A DNA stretch of 64,000 nucleotides from Felis catus (GCF_018350175.1 NC_058368.1:2170001-2234000), one strand, 5' to 3'. Shown: positions 13,114-25,902, counted from the stretch's first letter. Numbers and translations: made by a program. Notes: generated by a model from the letters alone, not told the origin.

Positions 13114-13839
13114 CTTCAATATGAATAGAGAAAGGAAAAAATGCAATAAGGAAAAAGTACAATAAGGAAAAGGAGGAAAAAGAATAGAAAATATAATTTA
13201 GTATTGTTTCTTAGAATTATAAAATCCTTGTAGATATTTATCATTCATTTCGTATCAATTACAAAGTATTACAGCCTTTGTTTTAAAAGTTATTAAATTA
13301 TCACATCCATACAAAAAAGTACAAAAATCGTAAGTATATAGCTTGATGAACTTTCCAAGTGAACATACCTAAATAATTAGCACTCAGATCAAGAAGGAAA
13401 GAAGGGAGGGAGGGAGGGGAGAAGGAGGAAATGTAATTGCACCTAGCAATTTTTTTTATAATGAGCACTTTTTGGTTCCTATTTTTAAAATCTTTGCCAA
13501 TGACAACACTTACGTTTTCTACTAAAAGCTTTATTGTTCTGCCTTTTGCATTCAGAGCTACAATCCTCCTGGAATTGATTTTTTTTTTTTTTTATATGGC
13601 CTGAGGTAAGGATCAAGATCCATTCTTATTTTCCATTTCCATTCTTATTTCCAGGTCCAACTGACCTGGCACCATTTATCGAAAGGACATCCTTCATCCA
13701 CTGTACTGTCACCTTTCTTACTAATCAGTTGCAATATATAGACTATACATCATGTAAAAGCAGTTTTTTAAAGAATTATATTTCTCTTTCTAAAACATGC
13801 CTCCTTTGAAGATCTCCTTTCACCTGTTGAAGCTGACCA

Positions 13840-14570
13840 ATTTTTATTTGGGAAATGCAAGTCAACGTGACAGTGATACTTCATACCTACTAGAAGGACT
13901 ATATGCAAAAGACAGGTAATAATAAATGATGAGGATGTGGAGAAACCGCAACCTTCATTCATTGCTGGCAGAAATGTACAATGGTGCATCCACTTTAGAA
14001 AACAATGTGGCAGCTCTTCAAAAAGTTAAACATAGGTTTACCATATGGCCCAGCAATTCTAAGTGTATACCAAAGAGACCTGAAAGCATAATGTTCACCG
14101 GAAATGTTTACATATATTCATAATATCTAAAAAGTGGAAACAACCCAAATGTTCATCAACTGATGAATAAACACAATGTGGCATATCCATACATTGGAAT
14201 ATTATTCAGAAATATAACGGAATGAATCATTGATACATGCTGACATGGATGAACCTTGCAACATCAGGCTAAAATAAGTCAGTCACAAAAGCCTACTTTT
14301 GTATGATTCCTTTTATATGAAATACCCAGAATATACAAATATATACAGGCAGAAAGCAGATTAGCAGTTGCATAAGGCTAGGGTAGTTGGGGATGGGATC
14401 ATGGGGAGTGGATATTAACAGTCACAGGGTTTCTTTTGAGGATGATGAAAATCTAAACTTACTGTAATGGTTGCACAACTCTGTGAATACACTAAAAACC
14501 ATTGGACTGTATCCTTTAAGTGCTGACTTTTATATTATGTGAATTATATCTCAATAAAGAAGTTTAAAAA
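13840..14570 (+). mobile_element. Old L1 (L1M) 3' end
   Basis: ORF2 C-terminal and 3' UTR motifs ending GTGAATTATATCTCAATAAA. Confidence 0.8.
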
Positions 14571-14644
14571 GTCAATCAATTTAATGAGTCATAAAAGCTG
14601 AAATTTTTTGGTGATCATTTTCTCTATCACATTTCCGTATATAT

Positions 14645-15848
14645 ATTTTTTTAATTTTTAAATGTTTTTATTAATTTTTGAGAGAGACAAAGAGCACGAG
14701 CAGGGGAGGGGCAGAGAGAGAGAGAGAGGGAGACCCAGAATCTGAAGCAGGCTCCAGGCTCCGAGCTGTCAACACAGAGCCGGACCAGGGCCTCGAACCC
14801 ACAAACTGTGACATCATGACCTGAGCTGAAGTTGGACGCTTAAATGACTGAGCCACCCAGGTGCCCCAATACTATATTTTCTGTAATACATATTGGCCAC
14901 AAATAGAAAAACCATCCCAACTTTTTCTTATAAAACCAGAAGAAAGTGCAAAATTTGCGTACACAGTTAATATGCTGGTAAGAAGGTAAATTAGCACAAG
15001 AACCCAAAGTGGCACCTAGCTGGCTCAGTTTGTACAGCATGAGACTCTTGATCTCTGGGTCATGAATTCAAGCCCCACATTAGCTGTAGAGCTTACATTA
15101 AATAATGTAACAAAAATAATGTAACAAAAAATAATAAAATATTAATAGTGGTGTCTTTGGATGGCTGAGTTACAGAAAATATTTATTTTCCTCTTTCTAC
15201 TTTTCATTTCTCAATTTTTTGGCATGTACGTATATTGTTCTTACAGTCAAAATAAACATTTTTAAATGGCTGGAACACTATTCATAATATAACAAAAGTA
15301 AAAGGAGTCTGTGTCTACAGAGCACGATGTTTTAAGGCAAATTACATTTATAACATTTATAAAATAATCTCAAAACCTGAGCTACTCTTGCAATATTTTT
15401 AAATTTTTACGTTTTATTTTATTTTTTCTTTTTTTGAGAGAGAGAGCGAGAGCGAGAGCGAGCATGAGCCGGGAAGAGCAGAGAGAGAGAGACACACACA
15501 GAATCCGAAACAGGGTCCAGGCTCTGAGCTGTCAGCACAGAGCCCGACGCAGGGCTGGAACCCACGAACCGTGCGATCATGACCTGAACCGAAGTCGGAC
15601 GCTCAACCCACGGGGCCACCCAGGGGCCCAGCAACAATTTTTTTTAAATGTCTAATACAAAGGTTAGTGGTGAAGAATTCTGCTATATTAATTTTATTTT
15701 TAAGCAGTATTGACGGGTGTCTGGCTGGCTCAATCACAAGGTCATGTGACTCTCAATCCCCAGGTCTTGAGTTTGAGCCCTGTGCTGGGTGTCGGGATTT
15801 CCAAAAAAGAAAAGAGAAGAAAAAAAAAAGAAAAAAAAAAAAAAAAAA
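14645..15848. mobile_element. Four SINECs (minus 14645-14867, plus 15005-15140, minus 15400-15630, plus 15714-15848)
   Basis: SINE heads and tails. Confidence 0.85.
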
Positions 15849-16460
15849 GGTACTCACTAGTATTGACGGGTTGCTGGGGAAAATACAGGCATTTACTGCA
15901 ACTGTGGGCCATTTGGGTGAGACAAAGTCAGTTTACAAGCAAAGAACCGTGCTAAATAACTGCATTTTGTTTAATTACACAGTATTTTTATTAATATCCA
16001 TTATGTGACTTGAAGTATAGCATGTATAAATTAGTGTCCGCATTATGAGCTCAGTCTGCCAACTTAATTTACACTTTTATTCTATGCTGTTTCTCCTCCT
16101 AACACAGTGACAGTGCTATTTCAATATTCGCGGAGAGCAAATGTGGTTGGACACAGAACTGAAAACAGCCACAACAACATACTTGAGGGGGCAGAAGAAT
16201 AAATAATAAAAAGGTGACACCTGCAGCCCCTCGGGGCCCTGCTGACGACAAACGTCGAGCGTTTTGATGGGTGTGCCACCGCCCTTCCATATCTCTTTCG
16301 AGGCACCCCTCGCCACTGTAGCTAAGATAACACACTCTCGGCCGAGTGTGTGCGTTCGTACTTGTGAAGGCCCTCCGACCCGCCGCACTCGGGGCGGGCT
16401 GCGGGCGCCCGGGCGGGTCGCAGGAGCCGCGAAGGCCCCGACGCCCGACGCCTCACTCAC

Positions 16461-16563
16461 CGCTCTCCTCTCCGTGCAGCGCTCGCTGCAGCCGGGCCGT
16501 CTCGCTGTCGAGGGTGATGGCCAGAGACCGTAGCTTCGCGTGGAAGCTTCGGATCAGATCCAT
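16461..16563 (-). CDS. SKA3: SKA3 coding exon 1 (spindle and kinetochore associated complex subunit 3)
   Basis: ATG at 16563; [34 protein letters not shown] resembles the human SKA3 N-terminus ([34 protein letters not shown]); GTGAGT donor; 103 nt, phase 1. Confidence 0.96.
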
Positions 16564-16799
16564 GGATAAGGACTGCTCGGCAGGACGCAGGACGCGAGCG
16601 GATCCCAGCGCTCCGGTCCGGCCCGCCACTAATTTGAATCTCTTGGCGCCGGAAGTGTCCCGCCTCCGCGGGGGTCGCACGAGCCCTCTCTCGCGAGAGC
16701 TGAAGTCTCGCGCGAAGCGGCAAGGAGGTTCCGGGAGGCGGGCGCGCTTCCGGGGTCGCGTCCGCTGGCGCGCGGGGGAGATTGTGAACGACGCGGCCG

Positions 16800-17006
16800 G
16801 TGAGTTGATGACCGTATTCCGTTGCTTCAGGAGTCCCTTTCTTTCCCTAGGGAGTCTAGTTGGGCTCCCTGCTTCTTTGGGGGCACGCTGTGCGTCCTCG
16901 GGGGTGGCGGAGCGGCAGGAGAGCCGGGGTCGCGCGCGTGCGCTGCTGTCACCTGCGGCCGAGGGCGTAGCCAGTTCCTGGTGCGACTTTCCCCGTATCC
17001 CCGCAG
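16800..17006 (+). other. MRPL57: MRPL57 5' UTR intron (207 nt)
   Basis: CCG|GTGAGT donor at 16800; pyrimidine tract plus CCGCAG acceptor ending at 17006, 5 nt before the ATG. Confidence 0.8.
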
Positions 17007-17011
17007 GTACC

Positions 17012-17320
17012 ATGTTCGTGACCGCACTCCTCCTCCGCAATCGCATTCCTGGCAGCCAGTGGATCGGGAAGCACCGGCGGCCGCGCGCGGTGTCTTTCCA
17101 CGCGAAGCAGAACATGATCCGTCGCCTGGAGATAGAGGCGGAGAACCATTACTGGCTGAGCATGCCCTACCTCACCGCGGAGCAGGAGTACGGCCACGCC
17201 GCGGGGCGCCGGGCGGCGGCCTTCGAGGCCATCAAGGCGGCCAGCGTGTCCAAGTTCCCCCCCCACAGATTTGTGGTAGACCAGCTCGACCATCTCAATG
17301 TCACCAAGAAGTGGTCCTAA
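17012..17320 (+). CDS. MRPL57: Mitochondrial ribosomal protein mL63 / MRPL57 (MRP63), 102 aa, single coding exon
   Basis: ACCATG start; [25 protein letters not shown]...[14 protein letters not shown]...[13 protein letters not shown] resembles MRPL57; head-to-head with SKA3 as in other mammals. Confidence 0.96.
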   Translation: MFVTALLLRNRIPGSQWIGKHRRPRAVSFHAKQNMIRRLEIEAENHYWLSMPYLTAEQEYGHAAGRRAAAFEAIKAASVSKFPPHRFVVDQLDHLNVTKKWS

Positions 17321-17750
17321 CCCAGCGCCACCGCCTTTCAGCTGGACGGATCGCGGGGCTGCCATCTCTGTGACCCGATTCTGGAACTGAAAAGCTAACC
17401 TCTAGCGAGAAAATGAACCTTTGGACCGGAGTCTTAATGGACAGCAAAGAGGAACGTAGTGGTCTGCATGTAGAATATCTGGGGCTCCAAATTCTTTAAT
17501 ACTTGAGAGTCTGATCTCTGTCGCATTGTTCCCTTTTTCTTTATCCTCATAGGAAGATACAGGAGATTTCCTGGGTCACAGAGGATATGAAATGTATTTT
17601 GGATGGAAGCTTGAAAAAAAAAAAAAAACTATGAGCTATGGTTTGGAATCTGTGCCTCAGTATGAAGATAGTTGATGGGGGCTTTATAAAATGTAAATTA
17701 GTTTGCTTACCTTCTGTGGAATCATCGCCTAAACATAAATGAAAAAGTGA

Positions 17751-17756
17751 AATAAA
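17751..17756 (+). terminator. MRPL57: Probable MRPL57 polyadenylation signal
   Basis: AATAAA about 430 nt downstream of the stop codon. Confidence 0.55.
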
Positions 17757-17836
17757 TGAAAATCTGAGAAAGTTCAGTTGAACGTACTCCTAAAAACAGC
17801 GTTTTCTTCTGGGATGCTGCTGAAAGTAGACATTTA

Positions 17837-18032
17837 AATTTTTTTTTTTAATGTTTATTTATTTTTGAGAGACTGAGTGTGAGCAGGGAAGGGGCAGAAG
17901 GGGAGACAGAATCCGAAGCAGGTGCCAGGTTCTGAGCTGTCGCCATAGAGCCCGACAGGGGGCTTGAACTCACGAGATCATGACCTGAGTCAAAGTCAGT
18001 CGCTTAACCGGTGGAGCCACTCAGGCGCCCCT
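17837..18032 (-). mobile_element. SINEC
   Basis: Reverse SINE; CTGAAAGTAGAC flanking repeat. Confidence 0.9.
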
Positions 18033-19017
18033 GAAAGTAGACGTTTAGATAAAGTAAAAGGTATTCATCAGAACTGCTACGTGTGTTGTATTTTAACAAC
18101 CTATTTCTGGGATATACATTACAGGCCTGACATTACAGGCCACCAGTTGAAGATGTTTGTCTTTTCGAATTCCCTTTTTCAGTGTATAATACTGTATTCT
18201 ACTGTATAATACCCTTTACATGTATTACCAAATCGTATGATATACGATATTACGAATCGTATGCTATAAAGGGCTTGATTGTTGTGTACCCTGTATATTT
18301 TACATGTGAAGAAAACTCGTCCAAAATCCGTTCCCAGTAATGTGACTTGGGTTTCAGTTTCTGTATAATCTAGATATCTCAACTGCTGTCTTTATATTTG
18401 ACATTTTCAAAATACGGAAGAAAAAGAATTCAGTCCCATTACCCAGAGATGAAATAATCATCTTTTATATATATTTTTCTTGTAGTCTTTATATGCTTTT
18501 TGAACATATACTGAATCTATAGGGGTAAATAGAATCTTGAGTTAAAAACAAACATTTAAAGGTTATGATGCATATTGCCAATGGCTTTCCAGAAAAATTG
18601 TAAAACAGCAAGACCAGTGTTTGAGTGTGAATCTCATTTGCCAGCGTTGACTGTTCATTAATGAATGATTCATGGTTCACCTTTAATTATCTGCCGTTGG
18701 GATGTGTAGGTTGTGGTGCAGACATTATTATTACTTTTTTGATTCATTGCACCCAAAAAAATGCCTGCCACGTGATAGTTGAATATTTAACCAAGCTGAA
18801 CTCTGTTATTGATAGGTCATATTCTGTGGTGTATACTTATTGGATGCTTTTTATAGCTCACAAAAATGTCTCTGGTTCCTATGAGCAAGTTAATATCTGT
18901 GACCATTTCTTTTCATTCCTGGAAATGGTGACAGCCGATGCTGTTTAGGAGAAAGGTGAAGGAAGGGGGCTCAGGGGACCTTAGAACTGTAACTATTTCA
19001 CATAAAATCATTAATTA

Positions 19018-19197
19018 AGCGCCTGGGCAGTTAAGCGTCTGGCTCTTGATTTCAGCTCAGGTCGTGATCTAACGGTTCCTGAGATTGAGCCCCACATCAG
19101 GCTTTGTGCTGAACAGCACAGAGCCTGCTTGGGATTCTCTCTCTCTCCCCCTCTCCCTCTCACAGACACTCTGTCTCTCAAAAAAAAAAAAAAAAAA
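19018..19197 (+). mobile_element. SINEC
   Basis: SINE body and A tail. Confidence 0.85.
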
Positions 19198-20159
19198 TGT
19201 ACCTACTTCTGTTGCTTCGATCTCTGTGTAACTCAGAAACTTTGGAGTTTGAAAAAGGAATGGTTAAGGTGAATCTCAGAGAAGGAAAAAGATGCTAGAA
19301 TCTTGGGTCTGAAGAAATAGAAGGCAGTTCATGAGAGGAGAGATTTTTATGTATAATCATTGCAGTTGTAACACAGTCTCGTGAAGTAGTCGTCTCCACT
19401 GTACAGGTTAGAAACTGAAGCTCAAATGTCAGCAACACTGTCATGTTCACACGGCTAACAAACGGTCAAACTAGAATTCAGGACTAGGTTTATCTAAAGA
19501 TCATACGCATTTTAATACAGTACACTAACTGCTGTAAATACAAGGTCACAGCTGTGTTTTAATCACTTCTTGGCCAAAGCAATGCTGTTGAAACATTTGA
19601 TTTTTTTCCCCCGCGAGTCTACAACTGTTAACACCGTAGCCATCCTAGACTTCATCTTTTCTTAACAGAGCTCATCGCCCTCAGCTGATTATAGTTACAT
19701 GCCTAATAGAGTATATCTGTGCCAGCCTGTGCCTTCTGAACAGTCTCTGGCTTGGAGCTCCTAGGGCTCTGTGTCATCCGGTTGTTCACCTTGCGAATAT
19801 TAACCTCAAGGAGCTCACTGTCTCACCGGATGAAACGCACCGCATAAGTAATACGGCGTGATGACTGACTTCATGGACACAAGGTGTAATGAGAGTCCAG
19901 CGAAAGGGCCATTTATCAACCTTCCCTGAACAGTCAGGAAAAACTTGAGACGATCTTCGGACGGATTCTTAATTTGCCTGGCAAGCGTGTAGCAGGAAGT
20001 AGAGTCAAAAGTAACAGTCTAATGATCAGTCATAGAATTGACAGTGGTTGCAACGTAGGCTACTTGTGAGTGGGGGAGGGGAAGTGACCGACAGGCTAAG
20101 GATGTAAGCAGGACCAGAATATGAAAGTTCCTGTATGACACTTTAAGAAGTTTGGCTTT

Positions 20160-20388
20160 GGGGCGCCTGGGTGGCGCAGTCGGTTAAGCGTCCGACTTCA
20201 GCCAGGTCACGATCTCGCGGTCTGTGAGTTCGAGCCCCGCGTCGGGCTCTGGGCTGATGGCTCAGAGCCTGGAGCCTGTTTCCGATTCTGTGTCTCCCTC
20301 TCTCTCTGCCCCTCCCCCGTTCATGCTCTGTCTCTCTCTGTCCCAAAAATAAATAAACGTTGAAAAAAAAAATTAAAAAAAAAAAAAA
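20160..20388 (+). mobile_element. Young SINEC_Fc with perfect TSD
   Basis: TSD AAGAAGTTTGGCTTT at 20145-20159 and 20387-20401. Confidence 0.95.
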
Positions 20389-20678
20389 GAAGTTTGGCTT
20401 TTATCCTGTAAGTAATGGGGAGCCATCAAAAATGCTTAATTCGTTAAATAATGGGGAGCATTGTGGAGAATGGGTTAGTGGAAGAAATGACTAGGAATAG
20501 AAAAACCTGGTAGCTATTAAAATAATCCGGCTAAGCACTGAATTTGGATGGCGGAGGTGGAAAGTGGTTAAAAGAATTAACAAGTCTGAGAACATTTGTA
20601 TTACTCCTAATACCTTGGATCCCTATATGGAGGGTAATTTATAATTTAATTAGGGTAATTAAAATTTGTTTTAATGTT

Positions 20679-23030
20679 GGGGCACCTGGGTGGCTCAGTC
20701 AGTTAAGCGTCCGACTTTGGCTCAGGTCATGATCTCACCGTCTGTGGGTTTGAGCCCCGCGTTGGGCTCTTTGCTGACAGCCCAGAGCCTAGAGCCTGCT
20801 TCGGATTCTGTGTCTCCCTCTCTTTCTGCCCCTCCACTGCTTGCACTCTATCTCTCTCGAAAATAAACGTTTTCTTAAAAATAATAATTAGAAAAAGTCT
20901 GAAAAAATTGTACAATACCAGTACAGTGAAAACTATAAAGTGTTTAAGGAAAGTCAAAGAAATCCTAAAGAAATGGAGATATTCTGTGCACATTAGTCAG
21001 AAGAGTCATAAGGTAACTATGGCAATTTTACCAAAAGTAATCTATAGTTTCAATGTAATCCCATTTTATGTCCCAATAGGTTTTTTTCTTATTTTGTAGA
21101 AATTGACTAGCTAATTCTAAAATTCATGAAAATTCAGAGGACCTACAATAGCAAAAACAATTTTGAAATACAGAAAGTTGGAGGATTTAATACTACCTGA
21201 TTTCAAGACTTAATGTAGAGCTTCAGTAATTAAGAGAGTGTGGTGTTGACATAAAGACAGACAAATAAAATGGAAAGTTCATAAATAGGCCACACGTATG
21301 TAATTTATTAATTTTTAACAGATACACACAGGAAATGCAGTGAAGAAAGGATAATCTTTTCTCAAACCTGGTGCTGGAACAAATGAGTATTCATATGCAA
21401 AAGATGACCTCAGTCTGTGTCTAATGCTATATACAAAAATTACTTCAGGGGCACCTGGCTGGCTCCGTCGGTTAAGCATCTGACTTCAGCTCAGGTCGTG
21501 ATCTCACCATTTGTGGGTTCGAGCCCCACGATGGGCTCTGTGCTGACAGCTCAGAGCCTGGGGCCTGCTTCAGATTATGTGTCTCCTTCTCTCTCTGCCC
21601 CCTCCCCCCGTTTGTTCTCTCTCTCTTTCTCTCAAAAGTAAATAAAAACATTAAAAAAAAATTTTAAGGGACACCTGGGTGGCTCAGTTCGTTGAGCGTC
21701 CGACTTCGACTCAGGTCATGATCTCACGGGTAGTGAGTTCAAGCCCCGCGTCGGGCTCTGTGCTGACAGCTCAGAGCCTGGAGCCTGCTTCATATTCTGG
21801 GTCTCTCTCTCTCTGCCCCTCCCCTGCTCATGCTGTCTCTGTCTCTCAAAAACAAACACTAAAAAAAAATTTTTTTTAATTAAAAAAAAAATTACCTCAA
21901 AACGGATCATGGATTAAATCTAAAACCTAAAACTTGTATAAAACTTCCCATAGGAAACATAGGGAGAAACTCTTTGTGACCTTGGGTTAGGCAAAGATTT
22001 CTTAAAAATGTATGAAGTCATGCTTTATAAAACCCCAATCTGATGAATCAGAATTCATCAAAATGAAGAAATTCTGTTCTTTGAAAGACATTCTGCTAAA
22101 AGAATGAAAAAAAAAAAAAAGCCAAAGACTGGAAGAATACCTGATAAAGGACTCATATCCAGAATATATAAATCATTCCTAAAATTCAGTAACAGGAACA
22201 TAATTTTTCTGAATGGACAAAATATTTGGACAGATGCTTCATCAAAGAAAACAAATGGACTGCAAAAAAACGCATGAGTAAATGCTCAGTATTATTAGTC
22301 ATTTGGGAAATGCAAATTAAAACCACCATGAGATACCACTACATATCCATTAGAATGTATAAAATTTAAAAGACTGACAATACCAAATGTCATCAAGGAT
22401 GCAGAGTACCTAGAACACTTATATACTGATAAGAATATAAAATGGTGCAACCACTTTGGAAACAGCTTGGAAATTCCTTTAAAAGTTAAACATAACAATT
22501 ATCATATGACTCAGCCACTCTACTGCTGGGTACTTAAGATTAATGAAAGCATGTGTCCATAGAAAGACCTAAATGTTCATTATCAACCTTTAATAAAAAA
22601 GTAGAAACAAGTCACTTTCATCTGATGAATGGATAAACATTTGTTGTACATCGTTGTACAAATGTACACGAATGATCTGATAAACACAATCAGATCTGAG
22701 TGAATCTCAAAATAATTATGCTGATTGAGAAAAGCCCCATGACCCCATAAAATACATTCCATTTGTATGAAATTCTAGAAAATGCAAGCTAAGCCATAGT
22801 GATGGACCAGTGGCTGCCTGGGTTTAGAGATGGGTAGGCAGGGAGGGGCAGGAGGAAGGGATTGCAAACTGGCATAAGGAACTTTTGGGGTGGTGGATTA
22901 TTTTATTATCGTGATTGTGGTGATGATTTTCATAGCTGTATAGATGTAAAATCTTATCAAAATGCACATTTTATGTATGTGCATTTTATTCTATGCTAAT
23001 TATTCCTTAACAAACTTGTTTTAAAAGTTG
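20679..23030 (+). mobile_element. Old L1M ORF2/3' fragment preceded by a SINEC (20679-20880) and interrupted by tandem SINECs (21448-21660, 21667-21880)
   Basis: Degenerate ORF2 (MAILPKVIYSFNVIP) and 3' UTR motifs; SINE heads. Confidence 0.8.
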
Positions 23031-23339
23031 TCGAATATTTCCCAAAGTGATTTAAAAGCAGTTTACGTTCCTACCAGCAATGTATGAGAGTATTGTTAAT
23101 TTGTACTTCTCTGATGACTAACAAAAGTTCAGCATATTTTAACATAAATCTTGGCTGTGCAGCTTCTTTTCTGAAGTAACTATTCAAGTCTTTTGCATAT
23201 GTTTCCATTTTTATTAATGAATTATAGTTGTGTCTGGATACAAGTCCTTTGTCAGAAATTGTTTTGTGACTATTTCTTCACAGTCCGAGCCTTGTCAAAT
23301 TCATTTTCTTAACAGTTTTTGGTTAGAATTTGTCAATTT

Positions 23340-24665
23340 TCACATCTCCAAAGGCAAGGGAATTAAAAACAAAAATGAACTATTGGGACTTCATCAAGAT
23401 AAAAAGCTTCTGCACTGCAAAGGAAATAATCAACAAAACTAAAAGGCAACTGACGGAATGGGAAAAGATATTTGCAAATGACATATCGGATAAAGGGCTA
23501 GTATCCAAAATCTATAAAGAACTCACCAAACTCCACACCCGAAAAACAAATAACCAGTGAAGACATGAATAGACACTTTTCCAAAGAAGACATCCAGATG
23601 GCCAACTGACACATGAAATGATTCTCAACATCACTCCTCATCAGGGAAATACAAATCAAAGCCACACTGAGAAACCACCTCACACCAGTCAGAGTGGCTA
23701 AAATGAACGAATCCAAAGACCACAGATGCTGGCGAGGATGTGGAGAAACGGGAACCCTCTTGCACTGTTGGTGGGAATGCAAAGTGGTGCAGCCGCTCTG
23801 GAAAACAATGTGGAGGTTCTTCAAAAAATTGAAAATACAACTACCCTATGACCCAGCAATAGCACTGCTAGGAATTTACCCAAGGGATATAGGAGTGCTG
23901 ATGCATAGGGACACTTGTACCCCAATGTTTATAGAAGCACTTTCAACAATAGCCAAATTATGGAAAGAGCTTAAATGTCCATCAACTGATGAATGGATAA
24001 AGAAGATGTGGTTTGTTATTTTTTTAATTATTTTTATTATTTTTATTGTTTTTAAGATGTGGTTTATACATACAATGGAATACTACTTGGCAATGAGAAA
24101 GAATGAAATCATATCACTTGCAGCAACGTGGATGGAACTGGAGGGTATTATGCTAAGTGAAATAAGTCAGAGAAAGATACCATATGTTTTCACTCATATG
24201 TAGATCTTGAGAAACTTAACAGAAGACCATGGGTGAGGGGAAGGGGAAAAAAAAAGTTACAAACAGGGAGCACCTGGGGGGCTCAGTCAGTTAAGCGTCC
24301 GGCTTCAGCTGAGGTCCTGATCTTGCGGTTCGTGGGTTCGAGTCCCGCATCCAGCTCTGTGCTGACAGCTTAGAGCCTGGAGCCTGCTTCAGATTCTGTG
24401 TCTCCCTCTCTCTCTACCCCTCCCCTGCTCATGCTTGGTGTCTTTCCATCTCAAAAATAAACATTAAAAAAACTGAAAATAAAAGTTACAGAGAGGGAGG
24501 GAGGCAAAACATAAGAGATCTTAAATATAGAGAACAAACTGAGGGTGGATGGAGGATTAGGGGAGAGAGGAAAGTGGGTGATGGGCATTGAGGAGGGCGC
24601 CTGTTGGGATGAGCACTGGGTGTTGTATGGAAACCAATTTGACAATAAAGTATATTTAAAAAAAA
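23340..24665 (+). mobile_element. 5'-truncated felid L1 (ORF2 C-terminus and 3' UTR) with nested SINEC 24266-24480
   Basis: ORF2 peptides [14 protein letters not shown] and [37 protein letters not shown] at 23325-23339 and 24665-24679. Confidence 0.92.
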
Positions 24666-24829
24666 GAATTTGTCAATTTCAACAAAGTCTAATTTATCAA
24701 TTTTTTGTTGTTGTTGTAATTGCTTTGGTTGTTTCTTGTGGGGCTTGAACTCATGACCCCCAGATCAAGAATCACATGTTCTACCGACTGAGCCAGCCAG
24801 GCACCTCTTGTATTCTAAGAAATCTTTAC

Positions 24830-25902
24830 CTGTGGCCAAATAATGACGATTTTATTTTTTCCTCTAAAAGCTTTAGTTTTTCCTTGAATATTTAACTCAG
24901 TGCTCTCTCTCTCTCCTGTTGCTTGGTGTGTGGTATCCGGTAGGAATCAAAGTTCACTTTTGTTTTGTTCCCTCTGTTGGGTCAGTATTGTCTGTTCAAA
25001 AATACCTCCCTGCCTTAAATTCGTACTGCATCTCTGTTGAAAATAAATCGACTATATGAGCGCGGGTGTATTTCTGGACTCTGTTCTGTTCCATCCATTT
25101 GTTTTGTAGCTGTGCCTATGTCACACTGTCTCCATTATTTTTGCTTCAGGGTAAATTTTGAAATGTAACTTCTGCAGCTTTGGTCTTCCTTTTCAAAGTT
25201 GTTTTGGTTCCTCTAGGTCCTTTATGTTTCCACAGACATTTTACAATCAGCTATTCAGTTTCCTAAAAATATGAAAAGCCTGCTGCGATCCCATTTGGCG
25301 TTGTATTGAATCTGTAAGTACATCTAGGGGAGAACTGACATGTTGAAAATATTGAGTCTTCCACTCCCCCAATGTGTTAACTCTCCATTTATTTAATCTT
25401 GTCTCAGCAATGTTTTGCAGTTTTCAGTGTAGAAAACTTTTGTTTTCCTTTAACTATTTTGTGCCTTTGATACTAGTGTATAGGAATACAATTCATGGTT
25501 TCTATTGACCTTGTATCCTGAGCCCTTGCTAATCTTATCATAGCAATTTTTTTCATTGTTACTGATTCCTTGGAATATTCTAAGGAATTGTCATCCACAA
25601 ATAGGGAGAGGTTTACTTATTTTCTGTTGCTTTTCATTTTTCTTCTTGCCTTACCAAATAGGATAGGACCTCCAGAAAGGGATAGGAACCTCCAGTATTA
25701 CCGTAAATAGAAGTGATAAGAGTGGACATTTTTCCTTGTTCCTTATATTCCTGGTTTCCTGAGCATTTTACCACTAATAATACTGAAGTTTGTAAAATGC
25801 TTTTCCTGCCTCCACTGATATGATCATTTGGTTTGTCTGTATTATTCAGGTAATACGTTAGATTGTATTAGTTGACTTTTTATTCTTTTTAAAAAAAAGC
25901 TT

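Larger units (their letters stand above)
16230..17380. promoter_or_regulatory. CpG island with SKA3/MRPL57 bidirectional promoter
   Basis: Very GC- and CpG-rich; CHR TTTGAA 16633-16638 next to GC-rich CDE/E2F-like sites; ETS/GABP CCGGAAGTG 16649-16657; palindrome TCTCGCGAGA 16689-16698. Confidence 0.9.

Noticed and set aside
13104..13115. Tandem acceptor ATTGAAG repeat at SKA3 exon 2 (9-nt in-frame shift)
   Set aside because: The second AG is ordinary coding sequence (GAA GAT); no evidence of use from sequence alone
16346..17320. 324-aa ORF as the true MRPL57 protein
   Set aside because: It starts at a non-ATG codon inside SKA3 intron 1 and crosses the promoter; the recognised protein starts at 17012
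23694..24203. 169-aa ORF
   Set aside because: C-terminal fragment of L1 ORF2 in a 5'-truncated copy
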